Part shown: positions 12,353 to 25,494 of the stretch, piece by piece
Position numbering within the stretch: the first letter of the stretch is position 1
Layout: the number at the start of each line of letters is the position of its first letter
Source: Calcarisporiella thermophila CBS 279.70
Taxonomy: Eukaryota; Fungi; Calcarisporiellomycota
Direction: 5' to 3'
Assembly (NCBI RefSeq): GCF_041956535.1
Contig: NW_027192198.1
Span: 779,311 to 843,310, forward strand
Length of the DNA: 64,000 nucleotides
Made by a program: the position numbers and the translations under genes
Notes under the pieces: generated by a model
Told to the model about the DNA's origin: nothing
Databases searched by the model: none
Seen by the model: the letters and a program-made list of their open reading frames with translations, nothing else

Positions 12353-13372
12353 TCAGAGCTTCGCGCGATCACTGCGACTAAGCGTTGCGGTAATCAGACC
12401 TAGTAGGGTTCAGCCCCATTTAATATTTTCACATATGTCAATGATATTCGATATTTCTTACCAGATGGATCGGATAGCGGTTGATAAACAGTTGCACTGG
12501 CGCCTTCGTTCTCCATACCAAAAGGCTTGAGGTTTACAGGGAAATAGTGCACATTAGGCATTGCGAAGTAGATGCGTGCCACATCCTTACAAGAGTCGAG
12601 GAAACGATGCGCGGTGTTGTAGAGAGTGGCCTGCACACTTGGGCTCGGCTCCACAAAGGCTTCCAAAGTCAAGCGTCTAACTTCCTGTCTTGCCAGCTCG
12701 AAATTGTATTCTTTTGGATGGTGGGTGGTCGGATATTCCCATTTCGATTCCACCACGGTCGAGAAGACGCGGTCTTCCGCCTCTGGCAGGGTCGTATACT
12801 TGTCGCGAACAAAGTTGGTAAAGGATGAACCCGTCGATTTAAGTACGCATAGATCCTTCAGCCCGCTACGAATAGTATAACCGCCGTTACGCTTGTAGGT
12901 GACTTGCGTGGTATCAACGTCGCTCTCCTTGCTAAAGGCATGCGGATGGATCTCACCATGAACGAGGAGTCGATTCCAGCGGTGCTGAGTGATATCAATA
13001 TGGCACTGGTGAATGTGCGAGTAAGTGCTCACAAAATGATGAGCTAAATCACAAGCGAAATGCTCGAACGGTTGGACACTGGCCGCCTCTTTTGCCTTGA
13101 TATATACGGTATTCTTCATTGAGTCTAGTGAAAAAAAAATATGGAGTTTATGGAGCTTAAACTGGACATTGACTCTAGTGTTCGTTGTGTTGCAGCTTAC
13201 CAGTCGCGACCACAATCGAATTGTCCGCCTTGGTGTAAGAGGTGGCAATATCACCTTCAAGCATAACTCGAACAGTTAGCTCAGTCACCTCATGCCACTT
13301 TCCTTTGCGAACTACTTTCAGGAGTCGGACGCGGTCCTTTCCATAGACAGCGGTTTCTAATGCGTAGGTCAT
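12353..13372 (-). CDS. UOX: Uricase (urate oxidase), peroxisomal (C-terminal AKL)
   Basis: YGKDRVRLLKV, DNSIVVATDSMKNTVY, LCVLKSTGSSF, SPSVQATLY, MPNVHYF, PSGLITATL...AKL*; three exons. Confidence 0.95.
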
Positions 13373-14416
13373 GTTGAATAACTTGTTTAAAAGAACAAAA
13401 GTTCCGGAATGGATACGAGAGAAAAAGATAAGAAAAGAGGACGGAAACTGCTTAGAATAAGTAAGTCCTTAGCCGAGAGCCGATTAATGAACCGTAAAGT
13501 TGCGGGGGTGAACCTTGGAGCTGAGTGACACAAATCGTAAGAATCACACGACAATCAAAGCCACCACCCTACTGAAATACTATAATATTTCAAATTCGAA
13601 GCCGAGGCCCGAGCAGATAGATCTAGAGATCCTTAGAAGACAAGGTTATAAGATAATACATGCATGGAAAATAGATTCGCTGATGTGTAAAGCTCCAAAT
13701 GCTTTGAGGAATACATTTCATCCTCCGTTCCAAGAGAGTTATCATTAGCTAATTCGAAAAAGTATTAGGAAGCGGCTGGGATAATCCACATATAAAATTC
13801 CTGAAATCCAGCGCAAAGTCGGGCAGAGTCCCACAGAGGAGTAAACATTAATTGCAGTTGAACACCGAATACTAGCATGAGCATATTCGACCTCTGCATT
13901 TTGAGAGACGAATGTTGCTTAAATGTTATGCTGCTAATCCGGTTCCTGGTGGATTACAAAGTAAAAAACTAATGCTCCAAAGTAGAAATCTTGTTAGTTG
14001 AGGCATATTACATGTATTGAGAACCGCAATGCGGGTCTCAGGATTCTTAATCCGTCTTTTACGAGATATCCATTGTTCGGCTTATTATTCCAAGGGAATA
14101 CCTTTTTCCTTGCATCATAAAACTGGGAAAACATTCAATTTATCATTAATCACCCTAGTATCTATATCTAATGGATTATATCCAGAAATTTTCTCATTTG
14201 GAGCAAATTTAAGCACAGCTCATTAAATAAAATTTTTATAGCATTTTGAAAAAATATATATATATATTGAGTTTGCCCGATTATATTAATTATGGATCCC
14301 CCACCTTTCATATCGAATAACCTAGATCAACCAGCAAAATTATTGAGCGATTCAAAAGGGCTTTTCATTAACAAATGATCCTGCCTGTTTTCGACTCTAA
14401 AGAAAAAGAAATAGTT

Positions 14417-14489
14417 TGGAGAATCGGGGTATCGATCCCCGTGCCTCTCGCATGCTAAGCGAGCGCTCTACCATTTGAGCTAATTCCCC
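14417..14489 (-). tRNA. tRNA-Ala (anticodon AGC)
   Basis: GGGGAATTAGCTCAAATGGTAGAGCGCTCGCTTAGCATGCGAGAGGCACGGGGATCGATACCCCGATTCTCCA folds as a full cloverleaf with G3:U70, followed by a T-rich terminator. Confidence 0.96.
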
Positions 14490-14566
14490 AATTTGTTAAG
14501 TTTTCAAAATTAGTAACCATAAACCCCAAGTTTTTCACTTTGATCTTTTGCTCTTGCCTGATTTTA

Positions 14567-14646
14567 ACCCGGGGGAGGGTTAGTGTAGTGGACTATTCCT
14601 GGGATGCCCATGAGAACGGCGTGGGTTCGAATCCCACATCGGTTTC
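14567..14646 (+). ncRNA. tRNA-like element with intact Pol III A and B boxes (degenerate tRNA or Pol III leader)
   Basis: A box TAGTGTAGTGG at 14581, T-arm GTGGG-TTCGAAT-CCCAC at 14621-14637, canonical A-B spacing, but no canonical acceptor or anticodon stems. Confidence 0.55.
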
Positions 14647-15510
14647 ACGTACATGCTATACACGACAACTGCGATACACGCATATCGATTGAAAGTCTAT
14701 CGATCAAGGACCTATATCTCGTTAAGTCCATTGACATTAACTTCATGTAATATATGGAAATTAAATAAAAAATTTCCATTGATTGATCAAAAAAAAATTG
14801 CCTGCTTTTTAATATTTTTTTTTGCCTTTCACTTACTTTAAGCATATTTCTATTTTCGTTTCTCATTGTCGAAGCTTAGAGTAGTTATATAAAAACTTCA
14901 AAATCGGTAAAAAAAAGTCCCCACCTAAGTTATACAAGCAAACTGCCGTTTTCAAGTGACAGAAAATTGCGCACTTGTACGAAACGCAAGCAATACATGT
15001 TGTTTTGCAAGTGTTAACCAACAAGCTGATTGCTTTTCCAGTGGCAGTAGTAGAATGAAATCTCGGGAAAGTGGTCCCCTGTTTAATCAAGAAAGATCGG
15101 ATGCCCGTTGATTTGAGAGGAGTTCTCTCCAGTATATTGAAATACATTAATATACCGGTATTTGTAAACTGTGGTGATTTTTTTAAAAGTTTTGCCTTTC
15201 TGTGATCGATAGAACTGAATGTAATGAATTCGTCTTCGTCTGCACTGTAGCAAAGTTAGAGCCAAGCTACATAGCTGGGAGGATAGGTTTTAAAAATCAA
15301 GAATTTAACTCTCAGTTTGTCACTGTCCTAAATTTCACAGGGGAATATGCGACGATAAAGGAGCTGGTTGATATACGCGAAATAAAATAAAAATAAAATC
15401 TACGTACAAAGGAAAAATGAGAATGAGAGGAAAAAAGAAGGCAATAGAAGGGAAATCCATATTATTTTTATAGGGTGAGATGGTAGAGCGGAGATGAACA
15501 GGCAGGAAAT

Positions 15511-18500
15511 TTAGCCGGTCTTCTGCTTTTTCCGCTTGCCTTTGCCCTTGCTCTTGCTCTCGCTTCGCTTCACGGCCCGCAGCTCCTTCTTCATCCTTGG
15601 ATCCACCATCTTGTAACGTCCCTTGACACCCTTTGGCCGGCCTTGAATACCCCGATTTCCTCCCCTGGCCACGACAAGCTGGGCAGGCTTCCGCTGTTTG
15701 CCTACTGCCTTGCTCATCAGCTTCGCGATAGACTGGGATTTTTCCCGCTCCGTCATATCGGATGTCTCGGCAATGGCCGAGGCCTTTTTCTGCAACTTCG
15801 CCAACTGCTGCGCAGCCTTTGCCTTCTTCCTGGCCTTTGCCTCGGCAATCTTCTTGATTGGGCGAGCATCAATGGCTTTAAGTCGTTCGCGCAAAGCTTG
15901 AACTGCCTCCTTTGTCACTGGAAGATTGGGTGTATTGTGTTTCTTTTCGTCATCGAGGAACCATTCAGGTAGAGAGTGCGAATCGTTGAAGGTGCGTTTG
16001 TTGAAGCCGTCGTCCAAGAGGTCGGATTTACTCTTTTGCCTATTGACGAGCTGCTGTGCAAGGGTCATAGCCTCCGCAGTGATAAGCCCAATGTCTAAGG
16101 CAGAAATAGCAGTCAGTGGATGGACGAGAAAAAAAAAAATAAGAGATGCAGGAATGCTTACTGTTATCCCTTGACTTTTTAACCCCGTCCTGCATGTCAT
16201 CCTCCCACATGTCGGCATCTTCATCTTCACTTTCTCCAGCCGCCACCACCTCAAAATCGTCACTGTCCTCGTCGTCAGATCCATCCACAGCTTCGTCTGC
16301 TTCCTCCTCAGCCTTCCGCTTCCGGGTACTAGCCCCATTTGCCTAATGAATGAAACATGTAAGCCACAAGTTGCTATCCGCTTTGCTTGATAAGATGAAA
16401 GCTACCTCTGGTTTGGCATTCTCCTCATCCTCTAGTTCTACCATATCCACTTCGTCCTCCTCTTCCGCCCCCTCTTCCTCTTCCTCTTCCTCTTCCTCTT
16501 CATCCTCCTCCAAGCTCTTAAAGAGGGGTTGATCAAACCATAGTGCTGCTTTCTTGCTCAGCTCCCCTTTTCTGGGCTTATCTTCGTCCCCTTGCTCCAA
16601 GCTCCTTAACAGGGAGCCTTTCTTCTCTTTTCTCCCCTTGCTGTCATCTGCAAATCTCACGCGCTTCTTGCCATTTTCCTCCTCGCTCTCACTGTCGCTC
16701 TCACTTGTGCTGTCACCATCTTCTTTTCTTGCCTCATTCGCATCGTCTTCCTCCTCTGAGTCAGAAGCAATTCCCGTCCACTCCCCTTCTTCATTTCGCA
16801 TTTTCTTTACACGATACTTGGCGTCTCGTTCCGCTTGGCGCTCCTTGTACTGCTCGTACATCTCATCCAGCTGCGACTCAAGGCGGTCTGTATTATCCTC
16901 GTCATCGTCATCGTCTTCAAATTCCTCTTCGTGTGGGTCTTGACTCTTTCGGGTATTGGACAGACGCGATTTTTTACCGGTATCTAGATGGATATCGCCA
17001 TCCTCGTCCTCCTCAAGCTCATCGAGGATGGAGTCCGTAAGGGACATGTCGCCTTTGCGCAGTTTGCTAAGTGCCTGAATGGCCCAACAAGATTCAATAA
17101 GATTAAACTTACATCAAAGTTAAGAGGCAAATAAGGCTCGGACATACCCCATCTTTTTCAATCTTTTTCAAAGAGAATACCTCACCATCGCCATTGCTTG
17201 CCTGATCTAGAGCGATGTCGGTGGGGGCAATCATATTGAGCTGCATACGCAAAACTTGTTTCTGCCGTTTTTCGTTGGCTTTTCGGCGCGCGCGTCTCAG
17301 ACGGGCCTCTTCGCTCTTGGCGAGGGAGTCGAGCTCCTCGTAGACAGCATCCTCATCTGACTTCTCTCCTTCCTCCTCGGGTTTTTCCTCAGGTTCCTCC
17401 TTAGACACCTTCTTCTTCTCATCCAGACCCACCTGTGCATGCATCAACTCGATTAATAACACAATATCGACCGATAGCCCATAGGAAATGGCTTACCGCT
17501 TTGCGAGCTGCTTGCCGCCATCTTAGCAAGTTACGGAAATCCTTCTTACCAAGCACCTTTAAATCTTCACAGCACGCTTTGATTTCGTCGTCCATACAGC
17601 TCATGGAAAGATATCTAGAAACGGCATCGGTTAAAAATCGAAACTTGGCCTCATCTCCCCTTCCAGAAAAAAAAAATACTCACTCTTTATCTTCCCCATC
17701 GAAACTTATTTTGTTCACAGTCGACAGGATCGAGATGGGGTCATCCGATCGAATAAACTCAGAGGCCGGCACGGATTTGAAAAGGATGTAGTCACCATCG
17801 TCATATCCATCACGCTGTCTTCGTTTTTTCTATGAGGCAGAGAGGGTGTGAGCTAAGAATAACAACTTCCGAAATGCGAGAGAATTAAGGACCAACCTCA
17901 GGGTGGAAAATATCAATCTGCTTGTTGCTTGACTGGGAAAGATCGATTTCGGAGAACACAGCCTTGGGATCCAGGAAGCGGGGGTCGATTTTTTTAGGCG
18001 CAAGGAAGTCTTTGCATACCACAAAAATTTCTGCGGAAACGTTTCTGTCAGCAGAATACCATGTAAGCTCACCCCAAGAGGCAGAAAACGCATCTAGAGC
18101 AGGTCAAGTTACCTGGAGGAGGGGGGTTTGGTTGCCTCGACTTTTGTGAACAATTGGTTGAAAACCCATATTAATTTGTTGTAGTCTTTAGAACGAAATA
18201 CTTTGGTGACGAAGGTTCCGCCCTTGTTCAGGAATTCGACGGCAAGCTTTAGCGACATAAGCACAAGTTCTGACTGGGAATATGCATCTTGAACCCAAGC
18301 TGTACCGACGTTTGGGGCACCGTCGTGAAGAACTCTGGAAAAAGAAAACAAAAGAAGATCACCTTAGCCATGGGCAAACTAAAGAAATAATAAGAGAATC
18401 CGGAATCATACACATCAGCCTTCCAGTGTTTCAAGTGTCCACGAAGCTGTGCTCGACATTTATCCGTTGTAATATCTTCCTGCATAGTGATGACATTTGG

Positions 18501-18886
18501 AATCGGTTTGATGGCGGCCAAATCCACACCCACAATTAAACTGGACACGGGCATGTACTTTTGAGCAACCTGCAGCCTAGTAGTATCAAAGACTCATATT
18601 AGTCCATTTCTCTCCATCACACCTTCAGCAAGTGGAATTACCATCCTCCTGGCGCAGCACACAAATCAATCAAGCATCGTGCTCGCTCCAAAAAGTTATA
18701 TTTTTTGTTAAGTTGGATCAGCTTAAAGGCCGAACGGGCACGATAGCCCTGTTCCTTAGCCAAATGATAGTATTTATCCAAACGCCCTAGTCATCGGAAG
18801 AAGGTTAGGATCCCATGGCACACAAGCGGGCATGCAATAAGGCATCATGGTTTACCTTTGGCTGTTTTCTTGTCTCTTTTACCCAT
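15511..18886 (-). CDS. SPB1: AdoMet-dependent rRNA methyltransferase Spb1
   Basis: [53 protein letters not shown], and the C-terminal LPEWFLDDE...[13 protein letters not shown] domain; multi-exon. Confidence 0.95.
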
Positions 18887-19658
18887 TATGAATTATATAT
18901 AATGAATAGATGGGATCCAAAGTCAAAATACCTTGCAAGAAAATTTTGTTTACTAGAGAAATGCACAGTCATGACAAACAGTCACCGAGAAAGATCCTTC
19001 AAAATGCGTCGATCTCTCCCTCCTCACCACCGGCTGTGCGAAATCAGGCCAACAGAAGCGTAGGTTCATGTGTCCATACCCTGTTCACTTGATGGAGGTT
19101 AATACGGAGCTGGTGAAATCGATCGGGATCGACAGAAATGCGTTTTGGGGTGCACCTATTATTGTATTTAACTCGAAACTTGGCTTTGTTGAGATGCTAT
19201 GTATCAAGAGGCCCCATTTAATGAACTATAGTATTTTACAAGTGAATGACAGTTTGACCAAGCGCCGTTCCGGGTTAGTCCTTAGAAAAGGTCGATTCCA
19301 TCGTCTATCCTTTGTTTGAAGTTAAAACTATATGCTCAGCATCATGGCCTTTCTTAATATTCTGAACAGCGGTCATACCATGGGATTACTAGTAAAATTA
19401 AGCCCAGGATGCTCAAACAGAGATGTAGGCAAAGTCGTTTAATTTCTTTTCTACTTCCACCTTTCGTGTAAACTTAAAGAGAAGAAAAAAAAAGGAAGAC
19501 ATTTAAAAGAAAAAAAAATCTCCAAAGGGAAACATATGGCCCCCAAGTGTATATAAAAAACTGTATAAACTAGAGATTTGGAAACCCAAGCAAGGCAAAA
19601 CCAGATTAACGTGAAATACAAGGAAGTTAAGAATGAGTGAAGAGGAAGAGGCTGCTGA

Positions 19659-20458
19659 TCACACTACAAGCATAGAAAATGTTTTAGCATACACTCGGGG
19701 GAACGGGTTCAATGGAGTTCAAAGTCAAGCCCGGCACTTACTTGCATATTTCTTCGTCCAATCGTGGGCTATCCAAAAGCAGAGAGGGTTAGGTAGAAGA
19801 TCCTCTTGAACGAAAGGCAACAAAATACATACCCGTGGCGATTGCGGCCTTTTCATTCTCCTTCCAGTGCTGTGCCACGTCGTTGGCGAGAGGATCGTCT
19901 GGGTTTGGTGCAGAGAGCAGTGCCTGGATAGAGAGCAGCACCGTGCGGATCTGAAGAGCAGGGGACCACTTGTCTAAAATTTGGAATGCACGGCCATGTC
20001 AATGAATTTAGCATCAAGAACATCAAGCGCCGTCGTTCCCCTCTTCCATTACCTTTCAAAATATCCAAACAGATCCTCCCGAGTTTATCGATGTTGGGGT
20101 GATAAATCTTGGTCAAAAAGCGGACCTTTGGCGGAGCCATCGGGTATTCCTCAGGAAGAAAGAGCTCCAGCTTGAAAATACCACCTAGAATGAGGCAGAC
20201 AGAATCATCCATCACGTCGATGTAATACAGAGAGAGGAATCTTAAAGCGTACCCTCAAAGGGAGACTGGCTCGGTCCCGCCATGACGACATCAAAATACC
20301 TCAAGTTATCTTCGTGTGGTGTTGCGCTGATGCCGGGAGCCGGTTCGGCCAAGAGCCGCTCAGTCTCCTACTCATCATTAGGAATGAGGTTAGTGTGAGA
20401 ATGAAGAGCAGAAAATGGCTAGGTCACCCACCTTTACTATACGCTTGGGCAGGGCCAT
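19659..20458 (-). CDS. UBC13: Ubiquitin-conjugating enzyme Ubc13 (UBE2N)
   Basis: [89 protein letters not shown]; multi-exon. Confidence 0.95.
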
Positions 20459-20970
20459 GATCTGGTAATCGTAGGCTACTGGATATTAACAAATGAAATA
20501 GAATTCAGCAAGATCCAACGAAACCACACCCAAGATCTCTCTGGAATGGGAGGAGGGAGGGAGATAGATAGTTACCGGTCTAATAGAGAAAATACTAGAA
20601 GGATGAAAAGGAGGAGTCAAGGAGAAGAAATCCTCAGACTTGGGCCACGATTCAAGCGGGAGGTTGAGGGCAGACATCGGGAAAAAGCTTGAATTGACAA
20701 GTTTCTTGTTCATAACCAAAAACTCTATTGGCAAAAGCGCGAATATATAGATATAAATAATACGTACAAGAAATATAGAAAGGAAAATTAATGCTCTTAG
20801 GGGGGGGGGGGAATAAGGAAAGATTCGTTAGAATAGGAAGATATGGAAAGAAGAGTATTTTTCTAGGGTTTTTTATATACATCTAAACAATAAAAAATGA
20901 TCATTTCTGGATTAATCTAGAAATCTATGCTGAACTATTGGTGCTGAACTATTCTAGGAAATGCAATGCT

Positions 20971-21980
20971 CTATGCAATATGGGGCATTCCGGGGCGTCC
21001 GCCGCTTAATGGCCTGCCCTCGCGGTTCACCGACCAGAGGGCCGAGCCGCCGATTGATTTTTTAATGCCGTCGGTCAGAGCGACGGCGGTGGCAGGGGGG
21101 AGCACGATGGGCGGTAACCGCAGCTCCTCGATTTCCTGCTGGCCCGGTTGTGGCTGAGGGTTGGAAAGCGGGGTGAAGTTCTTGGGCGACGAGGGGGTCG
21201 ATGCAATCCCTCCGCGGGTGCTCCCCACGTTCGTATATTCCATGCGAGGCGAGTTGGGCATCGACATGGACCCTAATGCAAAGGAACCAGGCGGTAACGG
21301 CATTGGCTGTTGCTGGAACCGAGGCCCTTCTCCGGGGAGGTTCATGCGTAAGCTGGCGTGCGACGGGCCTCCCAATTGCCGGCGCATGAGTTCTTGGCGC
21401 AGCAGAGCATTCTCGCGTTGGAGCTCGCGGATGTAGTCGGCAGCCAGCCGCAATACGGTGCCTTTGTTGGGCCGCTGCTTTTGGTCCGAGGAGGAGGAGG
21501 AGGAAGAGGGGCAGACCAGCTCCGAGATTTCGAGGATGGTGTTGTTGATATTATCGCGGCGACGGCGCTCGACCACATTGTGATTCTCGCGGCGGCGAAG
21601 AATGCGTTCGATGGCAGTTTTGCTGTCGACATCGTTCCTAAAATCCACAGCCAATGTCAACACAGGCCTTGACATGAGGGCATGAATGGGGGGGGAGCCT
21701 ACCTGTTGAGAATGTTGACCCCGTTGACCTTGTACGTCGACTGCTTAGCCTTCCGGCCGCCCGTCTTCTTGATGGCGGACGACGGCTGGTTGGACGAGAA
21801 GTTGAGGAACAGAGGCTGCTGCGAGGGATCGACGTCTTCGCCCGATTCGGGCTCTAATGAGGATTGGCGCGAGGAGGCGGCCGACGAGTCGTAGACGTGG
21901 AAGGCGGGCTGGGCGGAGGGATTGAGGGGGGCCATGGAGGCGGCGGCGACGGCGGGCGAGAAGTTGGAGGATGGAGCCAT
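20971..21980 (-). CDS. bHLH-zipper transcription factor (E-box type)
   Basis: RRRENHNVVERRRRDNINNTILEI...NKGTVLRLAADYIRELQRENALL; two exons joined at NILNR|NDVDSK; start codon approximate. Confidence 0.85.
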
Positions 21981-22789
21981 TGGCGAGAGAGCGAGGAGCA
22001 AGCGAAAGCAGCAAGAGAGGCAGGCGAAATTGTTTACCGACAGGAATCCCATGCACCAGTCCAATTCATCTCCGACTATCCTCGTTTGTGTCTCTGTCGT
22101 GAGAGAAAAATTGGCCTGAGGCCGAAAAGGGGACGGCCTTTTGCGAAGCTTGCAAGCCTCCGTTGGTGTGGACCAGTGCTTGCGCTATTTTTGTTCACGC
22201 TTCGTCGCCTCCCCCTCGACGGTTTCGGCCGGAGATGGGTGCATGTGCAAGGCCGCGGACCAGCAAGCGGCCGCCCGAGAAAGGGAAATTGGGCACGCGA
22301 TAAAACTTCCGCGGCGTGCAGTCACGCCCGCAAGGCCGGCCCTTGGTCATGTTTGCTCACCCGCCTGTTTTGGAAACCCGGCCGAAGCGTCGGCCTGACG
22401 AGGGATTTCTGTCTCTGATAACCCGCACAAGCGTTGCGTCACATGCAGCGTCGAATCATGGGCGAGGCGAGGAGCCGGCATTTGAGAAAGCGAGGACTTC
22501 TCTCGATGCCGGCCGTTCTTTACCCTTCTTTCAGGGTTTTCATGGGGATCGAGTGTGGAGGATTGGCCAAGGTAATCTGATCCTGCGCTTTTCCCTCCAC
22601 CCCGCCCCCCCCCTCTCGGCCGGGGAAAAAATACTCCCGACGTCAAACGTCAATTTCGAGGATACGAGGGCGAGGCGCAGCAAGTCTGCATTCTCGGTAC
22701 TAGAGCAAGTCGGCGGGCCTAGCAAGATGAACTTCCTCTTCGAATCCGGCACATCCCTCTCTCCTCGCCATAGCAGATAGCGGTTAGCC

Positions 22790-23573
22790 ATGAAGTTCAG
22801 CAAAGGTGCGTGCTCTCCTGGATGGATGGATGGATGACAGGTCGAGAAATGTCGGGTTGGATGGCTTCTGTGAGCCCAGATCGCTATCAACCAAGGCATT
22901 TCCGTTCATTGGCAAACATCTCGATGCTCATGCTTTTAATCTCCAATCTGTAGATGTCAGCTCGTCGCGCCGTAAGAGCCGGAAAGCTCACTTCTCGGCC
23001 CCCTCTAATATCCGCCGCAAGATTATGAGCGCTTCGCTCTCCAAGGAGCTGCGCGAGAAGTACCATGTAAGTTCCTACCTCAGCTCGCGATCAAACGCTC
23101 TGCGCCGATCACTAATGTCTCTAATGGATCAATCCAGGCTCGCTCCATCCCCATCCGCAAGGACGATGAGGTCATGGTGGTGCGCGGCTCGTATAAGGGT
23201 CGTGAGGGCAAGGTTGTACAGGTGTATCGTAAGAAGTGGATCGTCCACATTGAGCGCTTGAACCGCGAGAAAGTCAACGGTAGGAGGCCCGATGTCCTCA
23301 TTTTGCGTTGGCCATTGACTCACTAGGCGATATTATCTAAATATGCTAGGCTCCACCGTCCCCATTGGCATCCACCCCTCCAAGGTGGTCGTGACCAAGC
23401 TCAAGGTCGACAAGGATCGCAAGAGCCTCCTGGAGCGAAAGGACCGGTCCGCTTCCTCCAAGGGCAAGGAGAAGGCAGAGGATGCCATGCAAGAGGTATG
23501 TGTATATAATGTAGGGGGTGAGAGGAGGAACCAGAATGTTTCTAATATTCAATGCATTGCCATTATCTAGTAA
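22790..23573 (+). CDS. RPL26: 60S ribosomal protein L26 (uL24)
   Basis: [23 protein letters not shown]...[11 protein letters not shown]...[13 protein letters not shown]; the stop codon lies in a separate last exon. Confidence 0.95.
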
Positions 23574-23747
23574 ATGACCTAGGCGTGCTTTTTGATATCG
23601 TTTTGCTGAGGAAAACAAAAAACAATATAAATAAATATTTTTATTCTTTTAAACATACCAACTTGGTTCCATTCGAATATTAAATTCCAATACTAATGCA
23701 CATTAGTCGAAAAGAAGAATATTAGCCAACGAATACCTGTCATTTAT

Positions 23748-25027
23748 TTAATTTTTCGCAAGTGCTCTCCTGTGGCAAGCACGGTGAGCTCGTCTCCAAT
23801 CGACACGGATCCGGCTAGGACCAAATATCGGTTAGTGTCCCATCCATCTGTCTATGCATCTAGTAACCGAAGAAATTCCAGAGCTTACAGGTTGTCTTCA
23901 TGACACAGTTCATTCCAAAGCAGGCGGTGTAAGGCGCCCCCTTATCCACCCGCCTGTATCCCTGAAGGGTCCTCTGCGGCTGGTGCTTAGGGTGGGGCTC
24001 GCCGGTCTCATGATTGACGTTGGGGATGGTGCAGCGTGTGCATCTGCAAGCGACATGGTACTCCACACCTCCAATGGTAAAGCTTAGCCAGGTGTCTTCG
24101 GAGAAGGGAGAGCATCCGCTCACCACCACATTGGGGCGGAAGTGTAGAATGTGAACGGGCGTCTCAAGCCGAGAGTTGAGATCTTCGAGAGATGCCTCGG
24201 AGATCAGAAGCATGGGGAAATAGTCTTGAAACGCAGACTATACAAAACAAAAGAGAAAGCGGATTGGCAGGGTTGAGTGGATTGGCTTGTTGGCCAGGAT
24301 TTTCGTTCTTGGCCACGCGCAAGCAAGCAGTATTACCTGTGCCTGGAACCCTAGCTCTTGCTCACTCGGAGTATGATGCTCCACCTTACGGATACCCTCC
24401 AAAGACTTGTGCACGAGCCTGACCTCTTTTCCGAGGAACCGGCTTAACCACTCGGCAGCTGCATCGCCCATGTCATAGGCATCGACCTTATCCGCCCACA
24501 CTTGCACCACCACCTTACGTTGTACGATGGCTTGTCTGGCAAATTAAAGAAGTAGTGAAAAAAAATTTTTGACCGTGGAGGCGACGGCCTACTTACGTTG
24601 GAACCAGGGGAAGTTCCAATTCTTCCATTCCAGGAGCTGTAAGAGTGAGTGTGCCTCCCGTTGGGTGATTGGGGTCTTCGTGTATGTTGGGGGTGATAAG
24701 CACCATCCTCGGAGACTCGCGTTGCGAGAGCTTGTTCATATCAGAAGTTATAATAGCCCATTGCCTATCATATTTGAAACCATCTACATCGGAAATATTT
24801 GGAGATATTAAAAAACAATCCAAAGGCAACATGGTCGATGGAAAAACGCTTAATCACATTGGTTGATGGTGAGTGAGGTCTGAGGCACACCTCGGCACGA
24901 TTTAATTGGATAGATATAGAGCTAGCAGAGGGCCAAAGCATCATGAGAAACGGCACAAAAACCTCATGGGCCCAGCCATCACTCAACGAGGAATTACCTG
25001 GGAGACTTTGATATGTTCAGTCACCAT
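23748..25027 (-). CDS. MOSC-domain (mARC-like) molybdenum cofactor protein
   Basis: LYIYPIKSCRG, YDRQW, FQDYFPMLLISEASL, FRPNVVVSG..PFSEDTW, CTRCTIPNV, FGMN; multi-exon. Confidence 0.9.
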
Positions 25028-25494
25028 CGCGTCCTTCACAACCGCAGGCGAAGAGTCCAAATCTTGCAAATGGGTGCCTTTATTTGGCCACGGTCTATAG
25101 ATATATATATATATATATAAACTCAAGACCAACGCTGACTCACAAGGAGTGCTCTGTGACTGCCCAGGAGATGCAAATCAAGTCCCTATTCGCCTTCCGC
25201 TCGAGCATTCCATGACTGCCAAAGCGGAAGGCGAATCTAATCGATGCATTTACCAGACGGCCTCTGATTGGCCAGTTAAAAATAATAAGGTAAAAAAGCT
25301 TGCGCTTCTTATGTCCATTATCTCATGTAACGAGAGTTTTAGTTCATCTGCTGGATCGCTTCTCTCCCTCTCTTTCTTCCTCCCCTATCGGCCCCTCCAT
25401 CGACTTTAGAGATCATCTCGCATCATCTGTAATAACTACACACTCATCTAATACATCTATACCTCTATTTCCCCATATCCCTTAAAAATAGACC

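Noticed and set aside
14567-14646. tRNA-Sec hypothesis for the tRNA-like element
   Set aside because: No TCA anticodon or long variable arm.
14914-14922. AAAGTCCCC resembling the RNase MRP P4 5' strand
   Set aside because: No matching 3' P4 element found downstream.
25098-25118. (AT)n microsatellite; also G-runs near 20800 and 27110
   Set aside because: Ordinary simple repeats.
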